A stretch of 64,000 nucleotides of DNA from Nitrososphaerota archaeon (GTDB lineage Archaea > Thermoproteota > Nitrososphaeria > Nitrososphaerales > Nitrosopumilaceae). The stretch lies in the NCBI GenBank assembly GCA_028867755.1, contig JAGWFT010000001.1, positions 1,156,727-1,220,726 on the forward strand, written 5' to 3'. The notes under the pieces are model-generated. The model was not told where the DNA came from, made no database searches, and worked only from the letters and a program-made list of their open reading frames with translations. The stretch's first letter is position 1, and each line of letters begins with the position of its first letter. Shown here in pieces: positions 38,893 to 48,284 of this stretch. Both the position numbers and the translations under genes were made by a program.

Positions 38893-40031
38893 AATTTTTT
38901 CAATATATTGAAGAGTGTGTCTCGTTGTGCCGCGTCTCTTCCAATTTCCTTTATCATGTTTGCAAGCTCTAAGATAGAAGAGTTGGTTCCCTTGCCAGCT
39001 GCACGGTATATCTCTTCAGAAAATGCAGTGCCTACCAAGTCACTTCCACCATAAGTTAGTGCCACCTGAGCCAGTTTCTTTCCCAGTGCAACCCAGTAGA
39101 CAGATATGTTGTCTAGTTGCTGCGCCAACATTAGCCTTGAGACAGCAATGACTCTAAGATCATATGTTGACGGGCTCTCAGATTTTACAAGACCTTCTTT
39201 TTCAAGTTCCGTGTTTTCTAGACTAAATTTGAGAGGAATTAGAGTTATGAAGCCGCTCGTTCTTTTTTGGACCTCTCTTAATTTTACCAAATGATCTATA
39301 ATATGTTCTGGTTTTTCAATGTGGCCAAAAAGCATGGTAGCGTTGCTCTTTATCCCTAAATTGTGCGCCTGCTCAATTGTATCAAGCCACTCTTGTCCAG
39401 AACATTTTCCTCTTACTATCTTATTTCGAATTTCTGGATGAAACAGCTCTGCACCACCACCAGGCATAGTATCAAGCCCAGATGCCTTGAATCTTTCAAG
39501 TATTTCTTTTACAGAATTTTTTGTCAGTTTTGATAAAAAGAATATCTCTGCAGCAGTTAGAGCCTTTATGTTCATTTCAGGATGACTCTTTTTTATTGTC
39601 CTGAACATTTCTTCATAATATTCTAAAGGCAGTTCAGGATGAAAACCACCAACAATGTGCACCTCTGTTGCGCCCATCTCTTTTGCCTTGCCAACTCTAG
39701 CCTCGATGTCTTGCGGCGTTAGCGTATAAGCATCGCTTTCATTTCCTTTTCTATAAAATGCGCACATCTGACAGCTTGCAGCACAAACATTTGTGTAATT
39801 CAGATAATAAGATGCAGTAAAAGTTACAGTCTTTCCTTTTTGCTTCTGTCGTACCAAGTCGGCTGCAGCACCCAACATGTAAAGATTATCGTAAGACATT
39901 AGCTCAAGGCCATCATCATACGAGAGTTCCTCTCCAGAGATGGCTTTTTCAAGCGCTTTTGAATCCCTGACTAGTTTTTCTAACACGTCTTTTGTTGATT
40001 TTGATATCAATATAAAAGTAAACAGAGCCAT
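38889..40031 (-). CDS. mqnE: Radical SAM enzyme of the CofH/MqnC/MqnE family, most like aminofutalosine synthase MqnE
   Basis: TNVCAASCQMCAF, PGGGAE, TMLFGHIE, YWVALG..AQ.AL..G..DL.GT; near mqnD. Confidence 0.78.
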   Translation of the reverse strand: MALFTFILISKSTKDVLEKLVRDSKALEKAISGEELSYDDGLELMSYDNLYMLGAAADLVRQKQKGKTVTFTASYYLNYTNVCAASCQMCAFYRKGNESDAYTLTPQDIEARVGKAKEMGATEVHIVGGFHPELPLEYYEEMFRTIKKSHPEMNIKALTAAEIFFLSKLTKNSVKEILERFKASGLDTMPGGGAELFHPEIRNKIVRGKCSGQEWLDTIEQAHNLGIKSNATMLFGHIEKPEHIIDHLVKLREVQKRTSGFITLIPLKFSLENTELEKEGLVKSESPSTYDLRVIAVSRLMLAQQLDNISVYWVALGKKLAQVALTYGGSDLVGTAFSEEIYRAAGKGTNSSILELANMIKEIGRDAAQRDTLFNILKKF

Positions 40032-40074
40032 ACCCTTTCGCTAGCTTATTCTATTGCTCGTACTTGAGAAGATC

Positions 40075-40473
40075 ATGAAATTGCACCACATTGGTGTTGT
40101 AGTACCAAGCATACAAGCCTCCCTTGGAGAACTAAAAAGATACATGAACTTTCAAAGCATCAGTTTGCCTACACCTGTAGGAAGTAGAAAGGTAAACGTG
40201 TGTTTTTTAAAAATTGGAGAGCCATTTTTAGAACTAATAGAGCCTTCGTCACCTGATTCTTCCATAATGGACTTTGCCTCAAAGGGTGGAGGAATACATC
40301 ACCTATGTTTTGAAGTAGATGACATAGAAAAGGAACTAGACGACATGACAAGAAAAGGAGCGACCGTACTTGTAAAACCTGTAGAAGGTTTTGACAAGAG
40401 ACGGATTGCCTTTGTTGACCTTAATATGAAAAACACAAAGTGTGGACTAGTCGAATTCTTAGAATCCAAATAG
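40075..40473 (+). CDS. VOC/glyoxalase protein (methylmalonyl-CoA epimerase-like)
   Basis: HHIGVVV, ELIEP, GIHHLCFEV, VEFLE; start moved to ATG 40075. Confidence 0.8.
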   Translation: MKLHHIGVVVPSIQASLGELKRYMNFQSISLPTPVGSRKVNVCFLKIGEPFLELIEPSSPDSSIMDFASKGGGIHHLCFEVDDIEKELDDMTRKGATVLVKPVEGFDKRRIAFVDLNMKNTKCGLVEFLESK

Positions 40474-40548
40474 AGTATGATACTAATCACACCAGTACTA
40501 TAGAATTGCCATACCATTAAGTTAGACCCGTTTAAAAAATAGATTATC

Positions 40549-40965
40549 TTGGTAGATGCAGAAATACGCCAAAGTAAGTTTCACGACATATCTCATTTTG
40601 GACTAAGATTGGCAATAGGTGTGATCTTTATTGCAGCTGGCTTTGCTAAATTTGATCCTAGCTTTAATTCCTATCTACCACAGATGAGCCTTCCTACACA
40701 GCTGCAGTATCTTTTTGCCTTGGAGGAATTTATTCCCGGTATTTTGATAATCGTTGGGGTATTGACAAGAATTTCTGCATCAGTTCTCTCACTTGTGATG
40801 CTTGGCGTAATATTTTACATCGACAAGGCATCACAATTCATAGGTCCAAATGGTGCCGAGCTTCCAGTAATACTTCTTGCAGCTTCGCTAGTAATAATAA
40901 CAATTGGTCCTGGAAGAATCTCCATATCACATCTAGTCAAAAAAATTCCACGGTTTCTACAGTAA
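40549..40965 (+). CDS. DoxX family membrane protein
   Basis: LRLAIG.IF..G..KF, E...G.L...G..TR, GPGRISI. Confidence 0.88.
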   Translation: MVDAEIRQSKFHDISHFGLRLAIGVIFIAAGFAKFDPSFNSYLPQMSLPTQLQYLFALEEFIPGILIIVGVLTRISASVLSLVMLGVIFYIDKASQFIGPNGAELPVILLAASLVIITIGPGRISISHLVKKIPRFLQ

Positions 40966-41033
40966 GCTACAAAAAATCTGGTTGTTCATCTTTCATGGGT
41001 GAAAAATACAGGATAGTATAATTTTAGTTCGAT

Positions 41034-42446
41034 TTAGAATCGTGGCGTAAATCTTAGCTTGTTCTTTGCCGATATTGCAATTATCGATATGATAGAGATT
41101 ACAAGAATGATTGGTGCAATAGAGCCAAACTCTGGAACAAACGTAGTGCTTTTTACAAACATGATATCGTTACTTCCGGGATTGGCCTGCTGCCATGCTA
41201 AGTATACTGTATTTGACGATGTGGCCATTATGTTATACCACGAGCCAGATGTGCCACTGTTCACATCAATGGGAGCTTCAAAGGTATTTCCATCGTCTGC
41301 ACTTTTAGATATGTAAATATCATAATGACCTGCAGTGTTGTCTACCCAGCTTGTGTACACATTATTGCCATCCACAGATATTTGTGGCCAGCCAGACGCG
41401 CCGGGATTGCTACTTATGTTAATTGGAGTTCCAAACGTTTGTCCTCCATCAGTGCTTTTTGCAAAAAGAATATCATAGTTTTTGTCTGATATAGCACTAG
41501 TCCATGCTACGTAAATCTTGTCTCCTACAACAACAAATTGTTGATATCCTGAATCTTGCTGGTTTCCGCTCACATTAACTGGTTTTGTAAATGTTACCCC
41601 TCCGTCAGTACTCTTTGAAAATAAGATGTCAAAGTTTCCAAAAGTATTATCCATCCAAACTACGTTGACGTTATTTCCATTTATCGTCATTTGTGGAGCC
41701 CCAGAATCTCCTTTATCATTACTAACATTTGTCATAGTACCAAAGGTAGTTCCAGAATCGTTACTACTACTTAGAAACACATCAAAATTCTTTTCACTGT
41801 TATCTTCCCATATCAAGTAGACATGGTTTTCAGTAGCAAAGATTTTTGGAATTCCAGAATTACCGCCATGACTAGTTATGGTAGTTGGCATTCCAAACGT
41901 AGCACCGTCATCATCACTTTTTGCAAAAATTACGTTAGTAACGTCGCCTGTGGTTCTTTCTATCCATGTAACATAAACATGGTTATTAGATATTGCAAGT
42001 TGTGGAAAAGCCGAGTCTTTAGAAATGTCGCTGATTCCAATTGCACGGTTAAAAGTTGCTCCATCATCATCGCTTTTTGCAAATACAACACTTGATTTGT
42101 TTGCTAGAAAAGATTGCCAGACTGCATATACTTTGCCTTGAGACTCTGCAATTCTTAGATTATCCATAGCCCCAGAGTTTATGTTTTCTAGGTTGATGTT
42201 GTTTCCAAAGGAAGCACCGCCGTCATTGCTTTTTGCAAGCATCACACCGTATTTTCCGGCCGCATCATACACCCATCCAACATACACGTTGTTTCCTGAA
42301 GCTACCAGTTGAGGCAACGTGGAATTGCTGTTAGGAGAGCTGATACTTGCAGGGTTTGTAAATCCAGTAGGATTAGAATCTGCAAAAGCATGAGATACTG
42401 ATACAGCAAAAACTGAGATCAAAAGAACATAGAGAAGTTTTTTCAT
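41034..42446 (-). CDS. Secreted Asp-box (BNR) beta-propeller protein with PEFG-CTERM sorting tail
   Basis: Signal peptide; seven S-x-D-x-G-x-x-F repeats; C-terminal VPEFG, TM and basic tail. Confidence 0.85.
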   Translation of the reverse strand: MKKLLYVLLISVFAVSVSHAFADSNPTGFTNPASISSPNSNSTLPQLVASGNNVYVGWVYDAAGKYGVMLAKSNDGGASFGNNINLENINSGAMDNLRIAESQGKVYAVWQSFLANKSSVVFAKSDDDGATFNRAIGISDISKDSAFPQLAISNNHVYVTWIERTTGDVTNVIFAKSDDDGATFGMPTTITSHGGNSGIPKIFATENHVYLIWEDNSEKNFDVFLSSSNDSGTTFGTMTNVSNDKGDSGAPQMTINGNNVNVVWMDNTFGNFDILFSKSTDGGVTFTKPVNVSGNQQDSGYQQFVVVGDKIYVAWTSAISDKNYDILFAKSTDGGQTFGTPINISSNPGASGWPQISVDGNNVYTSWVDNTAGHYDIYISKSADDGNTFEAPIDVNSGTSGSWYNIMATSSNTVYLAWQQANPGSNDIMFVKSTTFVPEFGSIAPIILVISIISIIAISAKNKLRFTPRF

Positions 42447-42494
42447 GCATAGAATCTTTGTTGTACATTATAAGATAGTTTGGCCTAGTGACAG

Positions 42495-42887
42495 TTACAG
42501 AATTGTTCCATCCACTATTAGGTTTAGTTCTATGCTAGTCTTTGTGTTTACAGTGTTTGCGATATGAGATACAAGGATGATATCCTTGTGTTCGCTGCCA
42601 AGTAACACACTTGTCTTAACTTTGACAGGTTTGAACTCGGTGCTTGGTCCCAACATGAGACTTGGTAGAAGAGATATTATGGATAGATCGTTAGTTGCAG
42701 CCCGTATCTTGTAAGCAGTGGTATCAGTAAAGTATACTCCCCCTCTAGTGGTTGGTTTTCGTACAGGAATTTTTGACTTTACGATAGAAACATTCTGAAG
42801 ATTGAAAATCTTTTCATCAATGTGTAAAGCACATTTTAGGTTAGGAATTTGCACTATCTGCTCCATTATTTCCTCGTTGACTTCCAC
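42495..42887 (-). CDS. Hypothetical protein
   Basis: 130-aa ORF; PTTRGGVYF motif. Confidence 0.7.
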   Translation of the reverse strand: MEVNEEIMEQIVQIPNLKCALHIDEKIFNLQNVSIVKSKIPVRKPTTRGGVYFTDTTAYKIRAATNDLSIISLLPSLMLGPSTEFKPVKVKTSVLLGSEHKDIILVSHIANTVNTKTSIELNLIVDGTIL

Positions 42888-42978
42888 AAAGCGTACATGC
42901 GTTATAACATGTAATAATCTTGCTTTTTGTGGGAATGTTAAGATAGTTTCAGGATTGCATTCTCATAGGTCATGACAC

Positions 42979-44487
42979 TTGAAAAATTATGAGATTGATG
43001 CAGCATGGCAATATCACGATGGAACAAAACATCCAAACGGAATACTTCTTAATAGAGCCCACTTGTACCATCCAACAAATAGACCTACACCATTCAAGTT
43101 TTACAGAGATGCTGTTCAGATCAAGATTGTACTTGATAAACAACAAAGCACAGTTTCTGCCCTTGATGCAATCTCAGACAAAATCAAAAAAGAAAAAACA
43201 AATTTTATTCCTGATATACATGTGCTCTCAAAGATACTTTTCTTCTCAGGAGGAATTACAAAAACTCTCAAATTTCCCACTCTAGGCGAGATAGAATTTC
43301 GAGCAGCATCATGTACAGGTGCACTTTACCATATCGAGATCTACATCATATGCTCTGATATTCCAGGACTTGAGGCAGGAGTATACCATTTTGACCCACA
43401 AAATCTCACCCTTACAGTATTAAGAAAAGGTGATTATCGCAGAACTATCATAAATGCAACAGCAGGCGAGTCCTTTACGTCTAGCACACCTTTGATGTTG
43501 GTCTTCACTGACATATTTTCAAGAAACTCTGTCAAATATCAAGCAAGAGAATATCGTCATGCATTTTGGGATTGTGGGACAATTCTTTCAAATGCTCTTG
43601 CAATCTCAAATACACAGAAAATTCCATACAAGTTGATACTTGGTTTTGTTGATTCAGAGATAAATTCATTTCTTGGTCTTGATACAAAAAAGGAAGCAGC
43701 GTTGGCTATTTTATCACTTGGTCATGCTGATAATGAAATTCCACAGCCGCCACCACTAGGCAAGATTGCAGAGCAAGTGTCATCAGAGTATGACAGAGAG
43801 TTTTCTGCCATCAATGACATGCAAGAATCATCGTCTCTGGAAAACTATCAAGAAGTTAGATCTTGGAGAAAAGAGATGGCCCTAGAAACACATCAAAAAA
43901 ATCCAACATCGACTACTCTGGAAGAAGAAATTACAGTAGATGACAGCCTAGAATCTATCATTTTCAGGCGTGGATCCACACGTAAATTTTCCTGTGATTC
44001 AATATCGCTTGAACAATTATCAACCATACTGAAAAGGTCCACAAATGGAATCATTGCAGACTTTGAAGAGAGTAAAAACATCAATGACATTTACTTGATT
44101 GCAAATGCCGTAGACGGACTAGAGCAGGGTTCATACTTTTACAACAAAGAGCACAGATCGTTAGAACTTTTAAAGAAAGGAGATTTCAGAGACGTGTCAG
44201 GACATTTGGGTCTTGACCAAAATTTACCATATGATGCAGCTGTTGTGATATTTTTTATGACAAATCTTCAGAAAGTTTTAGAGTGTTTTGGTAATCGAGG
44301 GTACAGAGTGGCACAGATGGATGCAAGCATAATGGGCGGAAAAATGTATCTTGCCGCTTATGCTCTTCACATCGGAGCTACTGGGCTTACGTTTTATGAC
44401 GATGAGGTGACAGAGTTTTTCTTGCCTCACGCTAACAACAAAAACACCATGTTCATGATTGCCATAGGCAAAAAGATCAAGATATAG
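42979..44487 (+). CDS. SagB/ThcOx-type FMN dehydrogenase with two nitroreductase domains
   Basis: RAASCTGALY, KYQAREYRH..WDCG, RRGSTRKF, GNRGYR, GATGLTFYDDE. Confidence 0.85.
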   Translation: MKNYEIDAAWQYHDGTKHPNGILLNRAHLYHPTNRPTPFKFYRDAVQIKIVLDKQQSTVSALDAISDKIKKEKTNFIPDIHVLSKILFFSGGITKTLKFPTLGEIEFRAASCTGALYHIEIYIICSDIPGLEAGVYHFDPQNLTLTVLRKGDYRRTIINATAGESFTSSTPLMLVFTDIFSRNSVKYQAREYRHAFWDCGTILSNALAISNTQKIPYKLILGFVDSEINSFLGLDTKKEAALAILSLGHADNEIPQPPPLGKIAEQVSSEYDREFSAINDMQESSSLENYQEVRSWRKEMALETHQKNPTSTTLEEEITVDDSLESIIFRRGSTRKFSCDSISLEQLSTILKRSTNGIIADFEESKNINDIYLIANAVDGLEQGSYFYNKEHRSLELLKKGDFRDVSGHLGLDQNLPYDAAVVIFFMTNLQKVLECFGNRGYRVAQMDASIMGGKMYLAAYALHIGATGLTFYDDEVTEFFLPHANNKNTMFMIAIGKKIKI

Positions 44488-44557
44488 TCAAACATCGCAA
44501 GAGACCTCAAACCAATTCTCAATCCTTATATCTCTACCATCAAATTCAACATGGGGT

Positions 44558-44761
44558 ATGCTAGTCAAGACAAGGTACGTGATACTTGCATTGCTTATTC
44601 TAATTCCATCATTTGTCAATCTTGGAGTTCCAATCTATAACAGAGAGTCACCAGAGTTTTTAGGAATGCCGTTTTTTTACTGGTTCCAAACTTTTTGGTT
44701 ATTTGCATCAGCAGGTTTCTACATTGCTTTTGCACGCATAAGAGGAAAGCAAAATGATTAG
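44558..44761 (+). CDS. DUF3311 small membrane protein (partner of SSS permease)
   Basis: P.FLGMPFFYWFQ..W motif; overlaps start of the symporter gene. Confidence 0.85.
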   Translation: MLVKTRYVILALLILIPSFVNLGVPIYNRESPEFLGMPFFYWFQTFWLFASAGFYIAFARIRGKQND

Positions 44762-46262
44762 CTCAGAACTAATCATCACATTTGTTTCTCTTTTTATTTT
44801 GTTTATTGCACTAGGATTTTACGGAAAATATTGGAGAAGAGGAGATCTCAATCACGTACACGAGTGGTCCCTTGCCGGAAGAAAGCTTGGTACTACGTTG
44901 GTTTTCTTTCTCATAGGAGCTGACCTTTACACAGCATATAGTTTTGTTGCCATTCCATCTGGAGTTTTTGCCAAGGGATCACTCTATTTTTTTGCAATAC
45001 CATATGTCATGCTGACTTTTGCAGTGGCACTTGTAACCATGCCAAGATTGTGGACTCTGGCAAGAGAGAAAGGATACATTACAGCTTCAGATTTTGTCAA
45101 GGACAGGTTTGGCAGCACCACACTTGCAATAATGATAGCCATCACTGGCATTGTTGCAGAATTGCCATACATAGCACTTCAGATAATAGGTATGAGGGCA
45201 GTCTTGACCGTTATGCTTGCAGGCTACGCCAATGCCCAAATTGTAGAGGAAATTTCGCTTTTGATCTCTTTTATCATCTTGGCTGCTTTCACATATACAA
45301 GCGGCCTACGCGGAGCCACACTTACAGCCGTGTTCAAGGATATCCTGATCTGGGTTACAGTTATTGCAGTAATCATAATAGTTCCAATTAGTATCGGTGG
45401 ATTCCAACATGCTTTCAGTCAAGTAAAGGCAAACTATGTTACTCTTCCTTCGTCTTTGATGCCTGCCTATGCAACACTAATTCTTGGCAGTGCATTGGCA
45501 CTCTATCTTTATCCTCATGCAATAAATGGTGTGCTAAGTGCTCAGAGTGCTCAAAAGCTTCGTACGAGTACAGCCCTGCTTCCTCTCTATGGGGTCGGAC
45601 TTGCAGTACTTGCATTGATGGGCATACTAGTATTTGCAGTTCCTAATGCAATGAATTTCCTTTCAGGATTTCCAGAAAGTTCACGTGGAGTATTAGTTGT
45701 GCCATCTCTGATAATGTTTACAATGCCAGGATGGTTTGCAGGTATTGCATTACTTGGAATTTTTGTTGGCGGCCTTGTACCTGCAGCGATAATGGCAATG
45801 GCTCAAGCAAACTTGCTTACAAGAAATATAATAAAAGAATTAAAGCCAAACATGAAAGCTAGTTCAGAGATTCGAATTACCAAAATATCATCAACAGCTT
45901 TTAAATTCCTAGCGCTTGGGTTTGTTTTTGTAGTCCCTGCAACATATGCCATATCTTTGCAACTACTTGGCGGAATATTGATTGCACAGATATTGCCAGC
46001 AGTTCTTTGCGGTTTATACGTCAAGTCTCTGAAAAAAATTCCGCTCATCATAGGCTTGCTTGTTGGAATAAGTTCTGGAATTTACATGGTAGAAGATGTA
46101 AATAATTTTGGGGCTCTAACAGTATCACTTTTCAATACAACTTTTGGTACAATTTACATTGCTGTGATATCACTTGCCATCAATCTTGCAATATCATTTG
46201 GTGGAAGTTACATATCAAATAAAAGACAAGCGTCAAAAACAGAAAATCAAGATACAGTTTGA
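44754..46262 (+). CDS. Solute:sodium symporter (SSS) family permease
   Basis: EWSLAGR.LG, GADLYTAYSF, YT..SGLRG; about 13 TM. Confidence 0.92.
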   Translation: MISSELIITFVSLFILFIALGFYGKYWRRGDLNHVHEWSLAGRKLGTTLVFFLIGADLYTAYSFVAIPSGVFAKGSLYFFAIPYVMLTFAVALVTMPRLWTLAREKGYITASDFVKDRFGSTTLAIMIAITGIVAELPYIALQIIGMRAVLTVMLAGYANAQIVEEISLLISFIILAAFTYTSGLRGATLTAVFKDILIWVTVIAVIIIVPISIGGFQHAFSQVKANYVTLPSSLMPAYATLILGSALALYLYPHAINGVLSAQSAQKLRTSTALLPLYGVGLAVLALMGILVFAVPNAMNFLSGFPESSRGVLVVPSLIMFTMPGWFAGIALLGIFVGGLVPAAIMAMAQANLLTRNIIKELKPNMKASSEIRITKISSTAFKFLALGFVFVVPATYAISLQLLGGILIAQILPAVLCGLYVKSLKKIPLIIGLLVGISSGIYMVEDVNNFGALTVSLFNTTFGTIYIAVISLAINLAISFGGSYISNKRQASKTENQDTV

Positions 46263-46302
46263 TTGCAATATAAAGAATGAAAAGACTTGAGAAATTTCTA
46301 AT

Positions 46303-46863
46303 CTACTCGTATTCCATTAGTTTTTTCTCTTCTAGAAGAGTATGCAAATTATGAACTGCCCTATATACTTCAGATTCTTTCTTTGTGCCAGTACAGACTA
46401 GTTTACCAGACGCGAAGATTAGAACGACTGATCTTGGGTCAAGCATTCTATGTATCAATCCTGGAAATTGCTCTGGCTCATACATGCTTCTTGGAAGACT
46501 GCGTGCAGCTCTTTCAAGATGTACTTTGCCACCAAGGCTTACAGATGCCACAATGTTTTGAATGGTTATCTCAGGATCATTTTTGATTTTTATCTTGCCT
46601 TTTCGAAGTTTTTGAACTACAGTTCTTACTGCATTGATAGCTGCATCTTCAGATTTAGAACCAGTACAGACCATCTTGCCTGAACTGAAGATTAGTGTTG
46701 CAGTCTTTGGAGATTTTAATCTAAAGACCAATCCTGGAAATTGCTCTGGGTGGTACTCCACATCCGGAAATGTTTTTGTGATTTCAACAAGATCGATTTT
46801 TTGATCGACGGAAGCAGAGGCAACAACATTTACGATATCTACGATCGGTTTTGTTTGCGGCAC
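46303..46863 (-). CDS. tbp: TATA-box-binding protein
   Basis: Two repeats, NVVAS..YHPEQFPGL..IFSSGK and NIVAS..YEPEQFPGL..IFASGK. Confidence 0.98.
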   Translation of the reverse strand: MPQTKPIVDIVNVVASASVDQKIDLVEITKTFPDVEYHPEQFPGLVFRLKSPKTATLIFSSGKMVCTGSKSEDAAINAVRTVVQKLRKGKIKIKNDPEITIQNIVASVSLGGKVHLERAARSLPRSMYEPEQFPGLIHRMLDPRSVVLIFASGKLVCTGTKKESEVYRAVHNLHTLLEEKKLMEYE

Positions 46864-46975
46864 TGGTATGGGTACAATTTAGTACCATATATACCAATTA
46901 CATCCTCTACGCAGGAAAAATTGAAAAAATGCCACCCATGCCATACAGTAGAGATCAAATTACTAGATCCATTTC

Positions 46976-47314
46976 CTAGTATGAGGCGCACGAGACTGTT
47001 CCACTGATCTTTTCTGTGTCTTTATCTCGGGATATTTCATAAATTGTGTCAAGTGTCATCAGTCCGACAACTCTTAACTTGTGATTGTTTTCTTTTGCCA
47101 TCTCAAAGCCATATTTTTGGCCAAGTGTAAATTGCTTTTTGTCCAAATCCACCCCATGTTTGTATTCAACAACAATTTCTGCATGAGGCTCAACATCAGT
47201 GAATTTTCTTTCGTAGTACATGGCTTGCATGGCAAGTTCAGGCTCAATTTTTTGTAGTCTATTTTTTATATCTTCTAAGAACTCATCGTATTCTGCCTCA
47301 ATTAGTTGAGACAT
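46976..47314 (-). CDS. Hypothetical protein
   Basis: 112-aa ORF upstream of tbp. Confidence 0.7.
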   Translation of the reverse strand: MSQLIEAEYDEFLEDIKNRLQKIEPELAMQAMYYERKFTDVEPHAEIVVEYKHGVDLDKKQFTLGQKYGFEMAKENNHKLRVVGLMTLDTIYEISRDKDTEKISGTVSCASY

Positions 47315-47549
47315 ACTATCAATACGGTAGAATCTTATTTAAATTTGTCAACCTATAACGTCGGTTCAGATAATGTAAAGATAAAAGTTACTCAGAAATT
47401 AGCAGACATGGTTATCAATCATTTACAATAATGATATCGTATGACAGTCCTGTACCTACCGAAAACAAGTGAGTTTGATGCCGAAGGTTCAGATATTCCC
47501 CAGTATATAATACACAATATCCTCAAAGCCAATGAAATGGAATTGAAAA

Positions 47550-47795
47550 ATGATAGGAATTCAAAAAAGAAGTATAGCTAACTGGTGTAATCACAATACA
47601 GACTTTCTTATAGCAATAGGTGGATTATTGATTCTAGCATATACCAAAGTCTCAGAAATATATCCAAATCACATCATGATTTGGCAAGATATAGAATTTT
47701 GGACGCTTTTAATAGGAGTGATTATGTTATCAATAGGAATGTCTGCTCTTGCCTGCCATAGAATTTTGTTGAGACGCCAAGGCTTTTTTAGCTAA
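47550..47795 (+). CDS. Small 2-TM membrane protein
   Basis: Two hydrophobic segments. Confidence 0.5.
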   Translation: MIGIQKRSIANWCNHNTDFLIAIGGLLILAYTKVSEIYPNHIMIWQDIEFWTLLIGVIMLSIGMSALACHRILLRRQGFFS

Positions 47796-47906
47796 ATAAA
47801 GCAAACATTCTTCTCATCATAGCAAAAGCACACAAAAACCCAAAATAATACAAGTTAGAATGATCTTAATGAGTTATATTCTGCAAGAAAAGAGTTCTCA
47901 AAATAA

Positions 47907-48251
47907 ATGAATTTTGGAAAAATATTTGGCGATAAAAAATCTGATAACCCTAGTAAAAATCTAGAAGAGATTTACAAGATAAAAGAAGAAATCGAGAAAG
48001 AAGACAAGATATTTGAAAAAGAATTGCCTGCAAAATATGCTTTATTGCAAAAATTTGACATGGTTCACTTGAAGACATTATGCGATGAGTTGCTTGGAAG
48101 AGGGCCTCCAGATGACGAATACGATGATCCTAAGAGTGGAGAAAAGAAAATGCTACCACAATACAAAGAAGACTATATACATTTCATTGTGGACGAATTA
48201 AGACTGTCCGAGATAAAGGACTATGCAATAAAGAAGAAGATTTTTGTCTGA
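47907..48251 (+). CDS. Hypothetical protein
   Basis: 114-aa ORF; similar to 30342 ORF. Confidence 0.75.
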   Translation: MNFGKIFGDKKSDNPSKNLEEIYKIKEEIEKEDKIFEKELPAKYALLQKFDMVHLKTLCDELLGRGPPDDEYDDPKSGEKKMLPQYKEDYIHFIVDELRLSEIKDYAIKKKIFV

Positions 48252-48284
48252 AGAATTTTAAGAACATCAAGAACTAGACTAAGA

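Noticed and set aside
40075-40473. Assignment as the 3HP/4HB-cycle methylmalonyl-CoA epimerase
   Set aside because: VOC motifs are present but no mutase gene is adjacent, so it cannot be told apart from other VOC paralogs by eye.
42979-44487. SagB-type dehydrogenase as a RiPP (TOMM) cluster
   Set aside because: No YcaO, cyclodehydratase or Cys/Ser/Thr-rich precursor is visible nearby.
47441-47581. 46-aa plus-strand ORF MTVLYLPKTSEFDAEG..
   Set aside because: It overlaps the 47550 ORF by 32 nt and has no motif; there is no way to choose between them without homology data.
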